A stretch of DNA of 30,887 bases from Escherichia coli (GTDB lineage Bacteria; Pseudomonadota; Gammaproteobacteria; Enterobacterales; Enterobacteriaceae), in NCBI RefSeq assembly GCF_003334765.1, contig NZ_QOWT01000041.1. One strand, written 5' to 3'. Below the pieces are notes generated by a model. The model saw only the letters and a list, made by a program, of their open reading frames with translations, did no database searches and was not told the DNA's origin. Positions 1 to 9,139 of the stretch are shown here, piece after piece (position 1 is the stretch's first letter; every line of letters starts with the position of its first letter). Made by a program: the position numbers and the translations under genes.

Positions 1-27
1 TTTCTCTTCAACCGAACCGGCTGTTTG

Positions 28-43
28 TGTGAAGTGATTCACA
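28..43. promoter_or_regulatory. Perfect CRP-consensus palindrome TGTGA-N6-TCACA, at the window edge so its target gene is unknown
   Basis: Sequence tgtgaagtgattcaca matches both half-sites of the cAMP-CRP consensus exactly with 6-bp spacing. It lies about 360 bp upstream of the purH start; the gene it might serve lies outside or at the edge of the window. Confidence 0.4.
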
Positions 44-264
44 TCCGCCGTGTCGATGGAGGCGCATTATAGGGAGTTCTCCGCAGGCCGCAATAGAAAA
101 ATTGCAGAAAAATGACTGACTGCTGCATTCCCCAGCAAAAGCCCGCTTTATACCTTTTTACGCACAGAGTTATCCACAATCATCAATGTAATTTCTGTAT
201 TTTGCCCACGGTAACCACAGTCAAAATTGTGATCACCATTGAAAGAGAAAAATTCGCGAGCGTT

Positions 265-280
265 GCGCAAACGTTTTCGT
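265..280. promoter_or_regulatory. PurR operator (PUR box) upstream of purH
   Basis: gcgcaaacgttttcgt matches the PurR operator consensus (ACGCAAACGTTTTCNT) and sits about 110 bp upstream of the purH start codon. purHD is a classic PurR regulon member. Confidence 0.7.
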
Positions 281-387
281 TACAATGCGGGCGAAAAATA
301 AGGATGCCCCGTTAGGGGCGTTAGCTGAGTTTTTCGCGAAAAATTCAGCTAACGCTCTCTGTAATAGTCAAATCCAGGGGATTTACC

Positions 388-1977
388 ATGCAACAACGTC
401 GTCCAGTCCGCCGCGCTCTGCTCAGTGTTTCTGACAAAGCCGGTATCGTCGAATTCGCCCAGGCACTTTCCGCACGCGGTGTGGAGCTGCTGTCTACAGG
501 GGGCACTGCCCGTCTGTTAGCAGAAAAAGGTCTGCCGGTAACCGAAGTTTCCGATTACACCGGTTTCCCGGAGATGATGGATGGACGCGTGAAGACCCTG
601 CATCCGAAAGTACATGGTGGCATTCTGGGCCGTCGCGGCCAGGACGATGCCATTATGGAAGAACATCAGATCCAGCCTATCGATATGGTGGTTGTTAACC
701 TGTATCCGTTCGCCCAGACCGTGGCCCGTGAAGGTTGCTCGCTGGAAGATGCGGTTGAGAACATCGATATCGGCGGCCCAACGATGGTGCGCTCCGCCGC
801 CAAGAACCATAAAGATGTCGCAATCGTGGTGAAGAGCAGCGACTATGACGCCATTATTAAAGAGATGGATGACAACGAAGGATCGCTGACGCTTGCAACC
901 CGTTTCGACCTCGCCATCAAAGCCTTCGAACACACTGCCGCCTACGACAGCATGATTGCCAACTACTTCGGCAGCATGGTTCCGGCTTACCACGGTGAAA
1001 GCAAAGAAGCCGCCGGTCGCTTCCCACGCACGCTGAACCTGAACTTCATTAAGAAGCTGGATATGCGTTACGGCGAGAACAGCCACCAGCAGGCTGCCTT
1101 CTATATAGAAGAGAATGTGAAAGAAGCCTCCGTTGCTACCGCAACCCAGGTTCAGGGTAAAGCCCTCTCTTATAACAACATCGCCGATACCGATGCGGCG
1201 CTGGAGTGCGTGAAAGAGTTCGCCGAGCCGGCATGTGTGATTGTGAAGCACGCCAACCCTTGCGGCGTGGCTATCGGCAATTCCATTCTTGATGCTTACG
1301 ATCGCGCGTACAAAACCGACCCAACCTCCGCATTCGGCGGCATCATTGCCTTTAACCGCGAGCTGGATGCGGAAACCGCACAGGCCATCATTTCTCGTCA
1401 GTTTGTCGAAGTGATTATTGCGCCGTCCGCCAGCGAAGAAGCCCTGAAAATCACCGCCGCCAAACAGAACGTACGCGTTCTGACCTGCGGTCAGTGGGGC
1501 GAGCGTGTTCCGGGCCTCGATTTCAAACGCGTGAACGGCGGTCTGCTGGTTCAGGATCGTGACCTGGGGATGGTCGGTGCGGAAGAACTGCGCGTGGTGA
1601 CCAAACGTCAGCCGAGCGAACAGGAACTGCGTGATGCGCTGTTCTGCTGGAAGGTGGCGAAGTTTGTGAAATCCAACGCTATCGTCTATGCCAAAAACAA
1701 TATGACTATCGGCATTGGCGCGGGCCAGATGAGCCGCGTGTACTCCGCAAAAATCGCCGGTATTAAAGCGGCCGATGAAGGCCTGGAAGTGAAAGGTTCC
1801 TCGATGGCTTCTGACGCGTTCTTCCCGTTCCGCGACGGTATTGATGCCGCCGCCGCTGCGGGCGTGACCTGCGTAATCCAGCCTGGCGGTTCTATCCGTG
1901 ATGACGAAGTGATTGCCGCCGCCGACGAGCACGGTATTGCGATGCTCTTCACCGACATGCGCCACTTCCGCCATTAA
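388..1977 (+). CDS. purH: Bifunctional AICAR transformylase / IMP cyclohydrolase
   Basis: 529-aa ORF beginning [27 protein letters not shown], with an MGS-like domain followed by an AICARFT domain. The length equals E. coli PurH. A ribosome-binding site (aggggatt) precedes it, and purD follows 11 bp downstream. Confidence 0.95.
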
Positions 1978-1988
1978 TGGAGCAATAG

Positions 1989-3278
1989 ATGAAAGTATTA
2001 GTGATTGGTAACGGCGGGCGCGAGCACGCGCTGGCCTGGAAAGCGGTCCAGTCGCCGCTGGTTGAGACTGTTTTTGTTGCTCCGGGTAATGCAGGCACTG
2101 CACTGGAACCCGCGCTGCAAAACGTTGCTATTGGCGTGACCGATATCCCGGCGCTGTTGGATTTCGCACAAAACGAAAAGATTGATCTGACCATCGTCGG
2201 CCCGGAAGCGCCGCTGGTGAAAGGCGTGGTCGATACCTTCCGCGCCGCCGGGCTGAAAATCTTCGGCCCAACCGCAGGTGCGGCCCAACTGGAAGGCTCA
2301 AAAGCGTTTACCAAAGATTTCCTGGCCCGCCATAAGATCCCTACGGCGGAATACCAGAACTTCACCGAGGTAGAACCTGCGCTGGCGTATCTGCGTGAGA
2401 AAGGCGCGCCAATCGTCATTAAAGCGGACGGTCTGGCTGCCGGGAAAGGCGTTATCGTGGCGATGACGCTGGAAGAAGCGGAAGCGGCTGTTCACGATAT
2501 GCTGGCGGGCAACGCTTTTGGCGACGCGGGTCATCGCATCGTTATCGAAGAGTTCCTCGATGGCGAAGAAGCGAGCTTTATCGTGATGGTGGACGGCGAG
2601 CATGTGCTGCCGATGGCTACCAGCCAGGATCACAAACGCGTAGGCGATAAAGATACCGGACCAAACACCGGCGGGATGGGCGCTTACTCCCCCGCGCCGG
2701 TAGTAACCGATGACGTTCATCAGCGCACCATGGAACGTATTATCTGGCCAACCGTGAAAGGCATGGCGGCGGAAGGCAACACCTACACCGGTTTTCTCTA
2801 CGCGGGCCTGATGATCGACAAACAGGGCAATCCGAAGGTTATTGAATTTAACTGCCGCTTTGGCGATCCGGAAACCCAGCCGATTATGCTGCGCATGAAG
2901 TCCGATCTGGTTGAGCTCTGCCTGGCGGCCTGTGAAAGCAAACTGGACGAGAAAACGTCCGAGTGGGATGAACGCGCTTCTCTCGGCGTGGTGATGGCTG
3001 CGGGTGGATATCCGGGTGATTACCGCACCGGTGACGTGATCCACGGCCTGCCGCTGGAAGAAGTGGCAGGCGGCAAAGTGTTCCACGCGGGCACAAAACT
3101 GGCGGATGACGAGCAGGTAGTGACCAACGGCGGGCGCGTACTGTGCGTCACCGCGCTGGGTCATACCGTGGCAGAAGCGCAGAAACGCGCCTATGCCTTA
3201 ATGACCGATATCCACTGGGACGACTGCTTCTGCCGGAAAGATATCGGCTGGCGCGCTATCGAACGCGAGCAGAACTAA
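1989..3278 (+). CDS. purD: Phosphoribosylamine-glycine ligase (GAR synthetase)
   Basis: 429-aa ORF beginning MKVLVIGNGGREHALAWK with an ATP-grasp fold. It forms the canonical purHD operon arrangement. Confidence 0.95.
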   Translation: MKVLVIGNGGREHALAWKAVQSPLVETVFVAPGNAGTALEPALQNVAIGVTDIPALLDFAQNEKIDLTIVGPEAPLVKGVVDTFRAAGLKIFGPTAGAAQLEGSKAFTKDFLARHKIPTAEYQNFTEVEPALAYLREKGAPIVIKADGLAAGKGVIVAMTLEEAEAAVHDMLAGNAFGDAGHRIVIEEFLDGEEASFIVMVDGEHVLPMATSQDHKRVGDKDTGPNTGGMGAYSPAPVVTDDVHQRTMERIIWPTVKGMAAEGNTYTGFLYAGLMIDKQGNPKVIEFNCRFGDPETQPIMLRMKSDLVELCLAACESKLDEKTSEWDERASLGVVMAAGGYPGDYRTGDVIHGLPLEEVAGGKVFHAGTKLADDEQVVTNGGRVLCVTALGHTVAEAQKRAYALMTDIHWDDCFCRKDIGWRAIEREQN

Positions 3279-4600
3279 CGCGACAGTTTTGCCAATAGCG
3301 TTTTGCGCGTGATCCCTAACTGACGGGCGGCTTCGGTTTTGTTGCCGCCCGTTTTCTCCAGCGCCGCCAGAATCACCTCTTTTTCCACTTCCACCAACGG
3401 CTGAATATCCTGACTTTGTCCCAGCGGGATCGGCGTACTGGCAATCGCCAGCGGCAGCTCGCGTTCGGAAATATATTCCCCGGTCAGCAGCACCACTGCC
3501 CGTTCCACCGCGTTTTCCAGCTCACGAATATTTCCCGGCCAGTCGTAATGAATCAACAGATCCATCGCCTGGGGCGTAAAACCTTTTACCGCCTTGCGAT
3601 TACGCTCGGCAAAGCGCTGCAGAAAATGGCCAGCCAGCAGAGGGATATCTTCCCGCCGTTGCCGCAGCGATGGTACTTCAATCGCCACCACATTCAGGCG
3701 ATAGTAGAGATCCTGGCGAAAACGCCCGGCATTCACCTCTGCGGCAAGATCGCGATGGGTCGCCGCAATCAGCCGGACATCAACCGAGATAATCTGGTTG
3801 CTACCGACACGCTGAACTTCGCGCTCCTGAATCGCACGCAGCAGACGCACCTGCATCATCGGCGAGATATCGCCAATTTCATCGAGAAACAGCGTGCCGC
3901 CGTCCGCCTCAACAAAGCGCCCTTCCCGGCGTTTATCGGCTCCAGTAAACGCCCCTTTTTCGTGACCGAACAATTCAGATTCCAGCAAGGATTCGTTGAG
4001 TGCCGCACAGTTGAGCGTTACCAGCGGTTTTTCGCTACGTGCGCTACTGGCGTGAATCGCCCTGGCGACCAGCTCTTTACCGGTGCCGGAATCGCCGTGG
4101 ATCAGTACCGTGGCTTCCGATGGCGCGACGAGGGCGATTTCACTGAGCAGGTGTTGCATCGCCGGGCTTTTACCGACCATACCGAACTGGCTGGCAGTCA
4201 CCGCAGGTGTTTCAGCATCAATACTGTGCGTATGCGCGAGCGCTTTTTCCAGCGTCGCCTGTAGGTTATCGAAATCCAGCGGCTTGATGAGATAATCCAG
4301 CGCCCCAGTTTTCAGTGCCTCTACCGCCGTCTCGACGCTGGAGTACGCAGTCATAATCAGCACCGGAATTGCCGGGTTTAACGCTTTGATCTCTTTCAGC
4401 GTGGCGATGCCGTCCATCTCCGCCATTCGCACATCGCAAAGCACAAGATCAAAAACCTGTTCCCGCACCTGCTCCAACGCCTGTCGCCCGCTGTTCGCCA
4501 GCGCGACGTTATAGCCCCAGCCGCGCAGTAAAGCCTGCAAAATAGTGCAGTGGCTAATGTCATCATCCACCACCAGAATATCGATATTATCGTGCGTCAT
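3275..4600 (-). CDS. zraR: Sigma-54-dependent response regulator (NtrC family) of the ZraSR two-component system
   Basis: 441 aa with a receiver domain (DILVVDDD ... D56), an AAA+ sigma-54 activation domain carrying the GAFTGA motif (seen as [14 protein letters not shown]) and a C-terminal Fis-type helix-turn-helix. It overlaps the zraS stop by 4 nt. Confidence 0.95.
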   Translation of the reverse strand: MTHDNIDILVVDDDISHCTILQALLRGWGYNVALANSGRQALEQVREQVFDLVLCDVRMAEMDGIATLKEIKALNPAIPVLIMTAYSSVETAVEALKTGALDYLIKPLDFDNLQATLEKALAHTHSIDAETPAVTASQFGMVGKSPAMQHLLSEIALVAPSEATVLIHGDSGTGKELVARAIHASSARSEKPLVTLNCAALNESLLESELFGHEKGAFTGADKRREGRFVEADGGTLFLDEIGDISPMMQVRLLRAIQEREVQRVGSNQIISVDVRLIAATHRDLAAEVNAGRFRQDLYYRLNVVAIEVPSLRQRREDIPLLAGHFLQRFAERNRKAVKGFTPQAMDLLIHYDWPGNIRELENAVERAVVLLTGEYISERELPLAIASTPIPLGQSQDIQPLVEVEKEVILAALEKTGGNKTEAARQLGITRKTLLAKLSR

Positions 4601-5994
4601 CCTTGTGGGTCCTTACGCGTAATATTGACCGGAAGCCAGAGGGTGAACGTTGAGCCTTTTCCCTCCTGGCTTGCGACCTGAATTGTACCACCGTGTTGTT
4701 CAACAATATTATGCACGACCGCCAGCCCCAATCCGGTGCCTTCGGCTTTAGTGGTGAAGTACGGAGTGAAGATGGCATCAAGCTGATCTGCCGCAATTCC
4801 CTTACCGCTGTCGGTAACGCTGATTTTCACGCCCGCGCCGCTTTCGCTGGCCGTCACGCTAATCACGCCATGCTGACCAATCGCCTGAATAGCATTGAGA
4901 TAGAGATTCAACAGGACCTGAGTCAGCCTGTCCGGGTCGGCCTGAATTTCCGGTAATGTGTCGTTGGCGGTAAAGCGTAACTGGATCTCCCGGCTGTTTG
5001 CATCCTGACTTACCAGCTGTAATGAGTGGTTAATCAGCGTGTTGAGATCCACCGCCTGCAAAGCCAGATGCGTTGGCTTAACCAGTTCCAGCAACTCGCT
5101 TACCACGCGGTTTAAACGGTCGGCCTCTTTCGCCATCACCTGCGCCAGTTGATGCGCTTCTCCCCCTGCAGGCGCGCGCTCGGCAAAGTATTTCGCCAGT
5201 CCTTTAATCGAGGAAAGTGGGTTACGGATTTCGTGGGCAACGCCTGCCGCAAGATGCCCCAGCGCCACCAGCTTCTCTTTGCGCTTCATTTCATCTTGTA
5301 GAAGCTGGCGCGAGCGCAGATAGCGGCGATACCAGAAGAATGACAATACGCTTGCCAGCAAGACCGTCGCCAGGGCGAAGAGGATAATCAGGGTATTGCG
5401 CTTTTCCCCACTCTGGGTTGCAACCAGATCACTGGCATCAACGGCGATAAAAATAGCCTGTTGTGCATCTACTTGTGGCACAGCTTTGCCGTTACAGCGC
5501 GGCATATTGTGCATTCCATGCCGCCAGGGCGCTGACATTGGCTGGAACAAACGATAGACCTCAAGTGCAGGCGTAGTTTCCGTTTTCCCAAGCAGCCGCC
5601 AGCGGGAGTTTTCCTCTGGCTTTAATTTCTGCATTTCATCCGGCGAATAGAGCGCACGCCCGACCTTATCGGGGTCGCTATGAAGAATAATGATGCCCTG
5701 CGCATCGGTGACTGCGAACCACAACACTCCCGGCTGTCCCGCCATCTCTTCCAGAAGCGCCTGTTGCTGTACATGGTGCATTCGCATCCCCATCCCTACG
5801 CGGCTTCCCGACTCCAGAGCGCGGATAAGCACATTACCTTTTTCCAGTAATGCCTGGCGGTCTGCCTCGCTTGCCCGCCCATAATCACGAATCACAGTTA
5901 CCGCAAACAATCCCACCAGCCCAACAATGACCACGGGGAGGATCGCGCTTAACCATTTAGCTAAGGAGTCTTTAGAACGTTGCATAAAACGCAT
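4597..5994 (-). CDS. zraS: Sensor histidine kinase ZraS (HydH)
   Basis: 465 aa with two transmembrane segments flanking a periplasmic domain, an H-box (LAAGVAHEIRNPL) and a HATPase_c domain. It lies upstream of and overlaps zraR. Confidence 0.95.
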   Translation of the reverse strand: MRFMQRSKDSLAKWLSAILPVVIVGLVGLFAVTVIRDYGRASEADRQALLEKGNVLIRALESGSRVGMGMRMHHVQQQALLEEMAGQPGVLWFAVTDAQGIIILHSDPDKVGRALYSPDEMQKLKPEENSRWRLLGKTETTPALEVYRLFQPMSAPWRHGMHNMPRCNGKAVPQVDAQQAIFIAVDASDLVATQSGEKRNTLIILFALATVLLASVLSFFWYRRYLRSRQLLQDEMKRKEKLVALGHLAAGVAHEIRNPLSSIKGLAKYFAERAPAGGEAHQLAQVMAKEADRLNRVVSELLELVKPTHLALQAVDLNTLINHSLQLVSQDANSREIQLRFTANDTLPEIQADPDRLTQVLLNLYLNAIQAIGQHGVISVTASESGAGVKISVTDSGKGIAADQLDAIFTPYFTTKAEGTGLGLAVVHNIVEQHGGTIQVASQEGKGSTFTLWLPVNITRKDPQG

Positions 5995-6025
5995 CTTCTT
6001 CTTTGCCTGCTCATCCCTTTCTGAC

Positions 6026-6041
6026 AGCAGAAATCATGCCA
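6026..6041 (-). promoter_or_regulatory. Sigma-54 (-24/-12) promoter for zraSR
   Basis: The minus strand reads TGGCATG-attt-CTGCT, with GG and GC at the canonical spacing, 30 to 45 bp upstream of the zraS start. Confidence 0.55.
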
Positions 6042-6092
6042 TCTTTTATCAGCGCTTACCCTGCGCTGTAACACAAAGGCTTAAGTTTCAAT

Positions 6093-6139
6093 GAGTAAAA
6101 ATGACTCGCTACCCGCAGCAGGCGAGTCATTTTTACTCG
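6093..6139. promoter_or_regulatory. Enhancer (upstream activating sequence): perfect 17-bp inverted repeat, candidate ZraR binding site
   Basis: gagtaaaaatgactcgc-N13-gcgagtcatttttactc forms perfect arms centred between the two divergent sigma-54 promoters. This matches the described ZraR-binding region of the zraP-zraSR intergenic region. Confidence 0.7.
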
Positions 6140-6180
6140 TTTATCATGCCAGATTACCCGTCATATCAGCGTTTCATCGT

Positions 6181-6196
6181 TGGCACGGAAGATGCA
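6181..6196 (+). promoter_or_regulatory. Sigma-54 (-24/-12) promoter for zraP
   Basis: TGGCACG-gaag-ATGCA is a near-perfect match to TGGCACG-N4-TTGCA. It sits 36 bp upstream of the zraP start codon. Confidence 0.75.
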
Positions 6197-6231
6197 ATAC
6201 CCGAAGTAAGACAACCACTGGAGGATTAACC

Positions 6232-6657
6232 ATGAAACGGAACACGAAAATTGCCCTGGTAATGATGGCGCTTTCAGCAATGGCGATGGGATCGACATCT
6301 GCATTTGCTCACGGCGGACACGGTATGTGGCAGCAAAATGCCGCGCCTTTGACCAGCGAACAACAGACAGCGTGGCAGAAAATCCATAATGACTTTTACG
6401 CTCAAAGCAGCGCACTGCAACAGCAACTGGTGACGAAGCGTTATGAATACAATGCCCTGTTAGCCGCGAACCCACCGGATAGCAGCAAAATTAACGCGGT
6501 CGCCAAAGAGATGGAGAATTTGCGTCAGTCGTTAGATGAGTTACGGGTGAAACGAGATATCGCGATGGCTGAAGCGGGTATTCCGCGCGGAGCCGGAATG
6601 GGCATGGGCTACGGCGGCTGCGGTGGTGGCGGTCATATGGGTATGGGCCACTGGTAA
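6232..6657 (+). CDS. zraP: Zinc-resistance-associated periplasmic protein (CpxP family), 141 aa
   Basis: The true start is the ATG at 6232 (MKRNTKIALVMMALSAMAMGSTSAFA is a signal peptide), preceded by the ribosome-binding site ggagga. The 188-aa six-frame ORF starting at 6091 is an artefactual upstream extension that begins inside the enhancer palindrome. The C-terminus is rich in Gly, Met and His (GMGMGYGGCGGGGHMGMGHW), typical of metal binding. Confidence 0.9.
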   Translation: MKRNTKIALVMMALSAMAMGSTSAFAHGGHGMWQQNAAPLTSEQQTAWQKIHNDFYAQSSALQQQLVTKRYEYNALLAANPPDSSKINAVAKEMENLRQSLDELRVKRDIAMAEAGIPRGAGMGMGYGGCGGGGHMGMGHW

Positions 6658-6658
6658 A

Positions 6659-7360
6659 TCAGAACGTTTTCTCGTTGGGTTGCCAGCGACAGAAATCAGA
6701 GTTTGCCACTAACAGTAATTGCGAACCTTCGGGCGCTTCCAGCCATGCCACGCTGACATCAACAGAAGAGCGGCTCTGGCGGCGCTCGATATGCGCTATC
6801 GCCTGCGAATCTAAATCAGGTTTAATGGTTTGCCCTTCGCAGGTGGTCACGGTCTGTTCCATCGCATGCCAGCGCCCCTGGCGCAGCACGACTCTCCCCT
6901 GACGTAAGGCATCGCTAATCTGGCGGATCTGATCAGCACGATAACGGTATAAATCGATTTGGTCGTTAGAAAGCTGCTGCTTTTCCCCATCGGATTCACG
7001 TTGCATAAAGCTCAGATCACCGCGATCGTCAAAACGCGCGCGAATATTCACCGGCGGTTTGCTGTAAACATTGATATTGATGAGCGTGAGGTTATCGCCC
7101 TGCCAGCGATACTCTCGCGTCGTGGTATCGCCACTGCGCCACGGGCTAAACACGGCAAGCAGATGCACATTATCGCCGCTGTCTTTTCGCCAGATGCGTA
7201 CCGCGCCCTGGTCTTCAGCAAATCCACTGGCGGTAAAGGGAGGAAGTGAAGAGTTATGACTACAGGCAGTGAGAAGCAGAGCGCCAGCCAGCATCAATGA
7301 TCGACGCCAGAAAGACAAAAGGGGTGAAACCACCCCTTCGTTAAAACTGTTCACTGCCAC
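6659..7360 (-). CDS. yjaH: DUF1481-family lipoprotein
   Basis: 233-codon ORF with a lipoprotein signal (RRSLMLAGALLLTAC, lipobox LTAC). The exact start is uncertain because the annotated E. coli protein is about 231 aa, so a start 2 codons in at GTG is possible. It is convergent with zraP, with stop codons 1 nt apart. Confidence 0.8.
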   Translation of the reverse strand: MAVNSFNEGVVSPLLSFWRRSLMLAGALLLTACSHNSSLPPFTASGFAEDQGAVRIWRKDSGDNVHLLAVFSPWRSGDTTTREYRWQGDNLTLININVYSKPPVNIRARFDDRGDLSFMQRESDGEKQQLSNDQIDLYRYRADQIRQISDALRQGRVVLRQGRWHAMEQTVTTCEGQTIKPDLDSQAIAHIERRQSRSSVDVSVAWLEAPEGSQLLLVANSDFCRWQPNEKTF

Positions 7361-7366
7361 GCAATC

Positions 7367-7639
7367 TTACTTAACTGCGTCTTTCAGTGCCTTGCCAGAA
7401 ACAAATGCCGGTACGTTAGCTGCGGCAATTTTGATTTCTTTACCGGTCTGCGGGTTGCGGCCAGTACGCTCAGCGCGGTGGTTCACTTTGAAGGTACCGA
7501 AACCAACCAGTTGTACAGCATCGCCTTCTTTCAGAGACTCAGTAATTGCAGCCAGAGTGGACTCCAGAGCAGCTTTAGCCTGGGTTTTGGACAGTTCTGC
7601 TTTCTCTGCAATTACATCAATCAGTTGAGTCTTGTTCAT
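7367..7639 (-). CDS. hupA: DNA-binding protein HU-alpha
   Basis: 90 aa, [90 protein letters not shown]. The HU signature is present. Confidence 0.97.
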
Positions 7640-7825
7640 AAGTTATCCTTACAATGTGTTTATCGCTTGCTAAGCATCGAGTGCGACGGAAATGCCAGAA
7701 TAGCACTCTCCTGCATACACGCACCGATAGCCACTTTTTTTCGCCCCCCAAATGTAGACCAGACGGGGGGCGAAAGGGAAGACTCCAGGTACGACAAATC
7801 AGGCGTTAAATCACGTTTTCTGGTC

Positions 7826-8416
7826 TTATTGCTGAAAAATTATACCAACATTGCTCTCACCCGCCTCACGCAGGTCTGCCCTAAGGCCTTTTATCAGCTC
7901 GATATCGCGTTCTTCGCACTCAGCTAAAAGTCGGAATATTTCCCACTGAATGTCCCATTCTTGCTCTACAGCTGGGTTTTCTTTAAGCTCTTCATCGCTC
8001 ATTTCGCGACCAGCCTGAGTCATTTCCAGCATCGCAACGGTCGTGATGGAGGTCTTACTCACTTCCACCGCGTGTTCGAGCGTTTCACCACTCAAACGCG
8101 AATGGACCAGTTCACTTAACGCCACGCAGGCATCGATTGCCGGATAAACGCCGTACAGATCGAAATCGTCGGCTGAAGGAATCGCTTCTTCAAATTTCTC
8201 CAGTTGGCTGTCGAAATTTACTTTTGCGTCTTTAACGGTCAGCGTTTCCCAGATGAGATCGAGAATGCGACGGTAAATTTGCCCATCACCAAAACCGGTT
8301 TGCTGGCAGAACATGGCGTAATTGGGGTACATGCGTTCGCATAAGCAAGCCATGAAAGTGACATGCTGCCAGCTTTCCAGGCGCTCCAGACGCAGATGAA
8401 TTGGGTTTTGTAACAT
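7826..8416 (-). CDS. yjaG: DUF416-family protein YjaG
   Basis: 196 aa beginning MLQNPIHLRLERLESWQHVTFMACLCERMYPNY. The position between hupA and nfi matches E. coli. Confidence 0.9.
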   Translation of the reverse strand: MLQNPIHLRLERLESWQHVTFMACLCERMYPNYAMFCQQTGFGDGQIYRRILDLIWETLTVKDAKVNFDSQLEKFEEAIPSADDFDLYGVYPAIDACVALSELVHSRLSGETLEHAVEVSKTSITTVAMLEMTQAGREMSDEELKENPAVEQEWDIQWEIFRLLAECEERDIELIKGLRADLREAGESNVGIIFQQ

Positions 8417-8458
8417 GTTGAGTTCTCAAATACGGAAATTATCCGCAGTTTACCTGAA

Positions 8459-9130
8459 TTAGGGCTGATTTGCTGTATAGCGCACGAACGCCGGACGTTC
8501 CGAGGCCACCGCGTCCGCCCAGCGCGTTGGCTCCGGCAGACGATAGCCTTTCATGCAGCGTTGTACCCACGCCAGCGCGCTGTCCACGCTGACCCGATGG
8601 CCGGTAGCGATAAACAACGGGTTACAGCGCGCTTTGCTGCGCCAGACCCAGGCCAGCTGCTCGCCTTTATCCATCAGTGGGGCCAGCGCGCCCGGTTCGC
8701 TGGAGAGCGGTTCGAATTTACCGCAGAGCCGTTTTTTCGCCACGCCAATGGTCGGCACATCCACCAATAAGCCAAAATGGCTGGCGACGCCAAGACGGCG
8801 AGGATGCGAGATCCCATGACCATCGACAAACACTAAATCCGGCTTTTGCGACAGCATCTCCCACGCTGCCAGCAGCGCAGGATATTCGCGGAAGGAAAGA
8901 AAACCTGGAATGTAAGGCATGGTGGTGGCGATGCGGGCAACTTTATACTCGACCAGCTCAAGCGAGGGATATTTCAGCAGCACCATCGCCGCTCGCGTCA
9001 CTTCTCCGCCCTGCTCAAACCCGACATCGGCTCCGGCGATCAGATCCGGTGGATCTTTATCGAGTCGATCCTCGCGGATCACAGAAGAAGCCAGTTCGAT
9101 TTGTTGAGCGCGTAATGACGCGAGATCCAT
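8459..9130 (-). CDS. nfi: Endonuclease V (deoxyinosine 3' endonuclease)
   Basis: 223 aa when started at [16 protein letters not shown]. The ORF track extends it 2 codons to 9136. The hemE stop at 9140 lies 3 to 9 nt upstream of the nfi start, so the two genes are tightly coupled. Confidence 0.9.
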
Positions 9131-9139
9131 AATCACTCC

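Noticed and set aside
112-315. 67-aa plus-strand ORF upstream of purH
   Set aside because: It overlaps the PurR operator and the purH promoter region. It has no ribosome-binding site and a Cys- and His-rich sequence that looks random. This is a typical spurious intergenic ORF.
6091-6231. N-terminal 47-codon extension of zraP (188-aa ORF)
   Set aside because: The extension begins inside the enhancer palindrome and upstream of the sigma-54 promoter. The real start has a ribosome-binding site and a signal peptide at 6232.
7733-7768. GC hairpin as a yjaG or hupA intrinsic terminator
   Set aside because: On the minus strand the stem is followed by an A run. On the plus strand the T run precedes the stem. 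Neither orientation has a stem followed by a U-tract.
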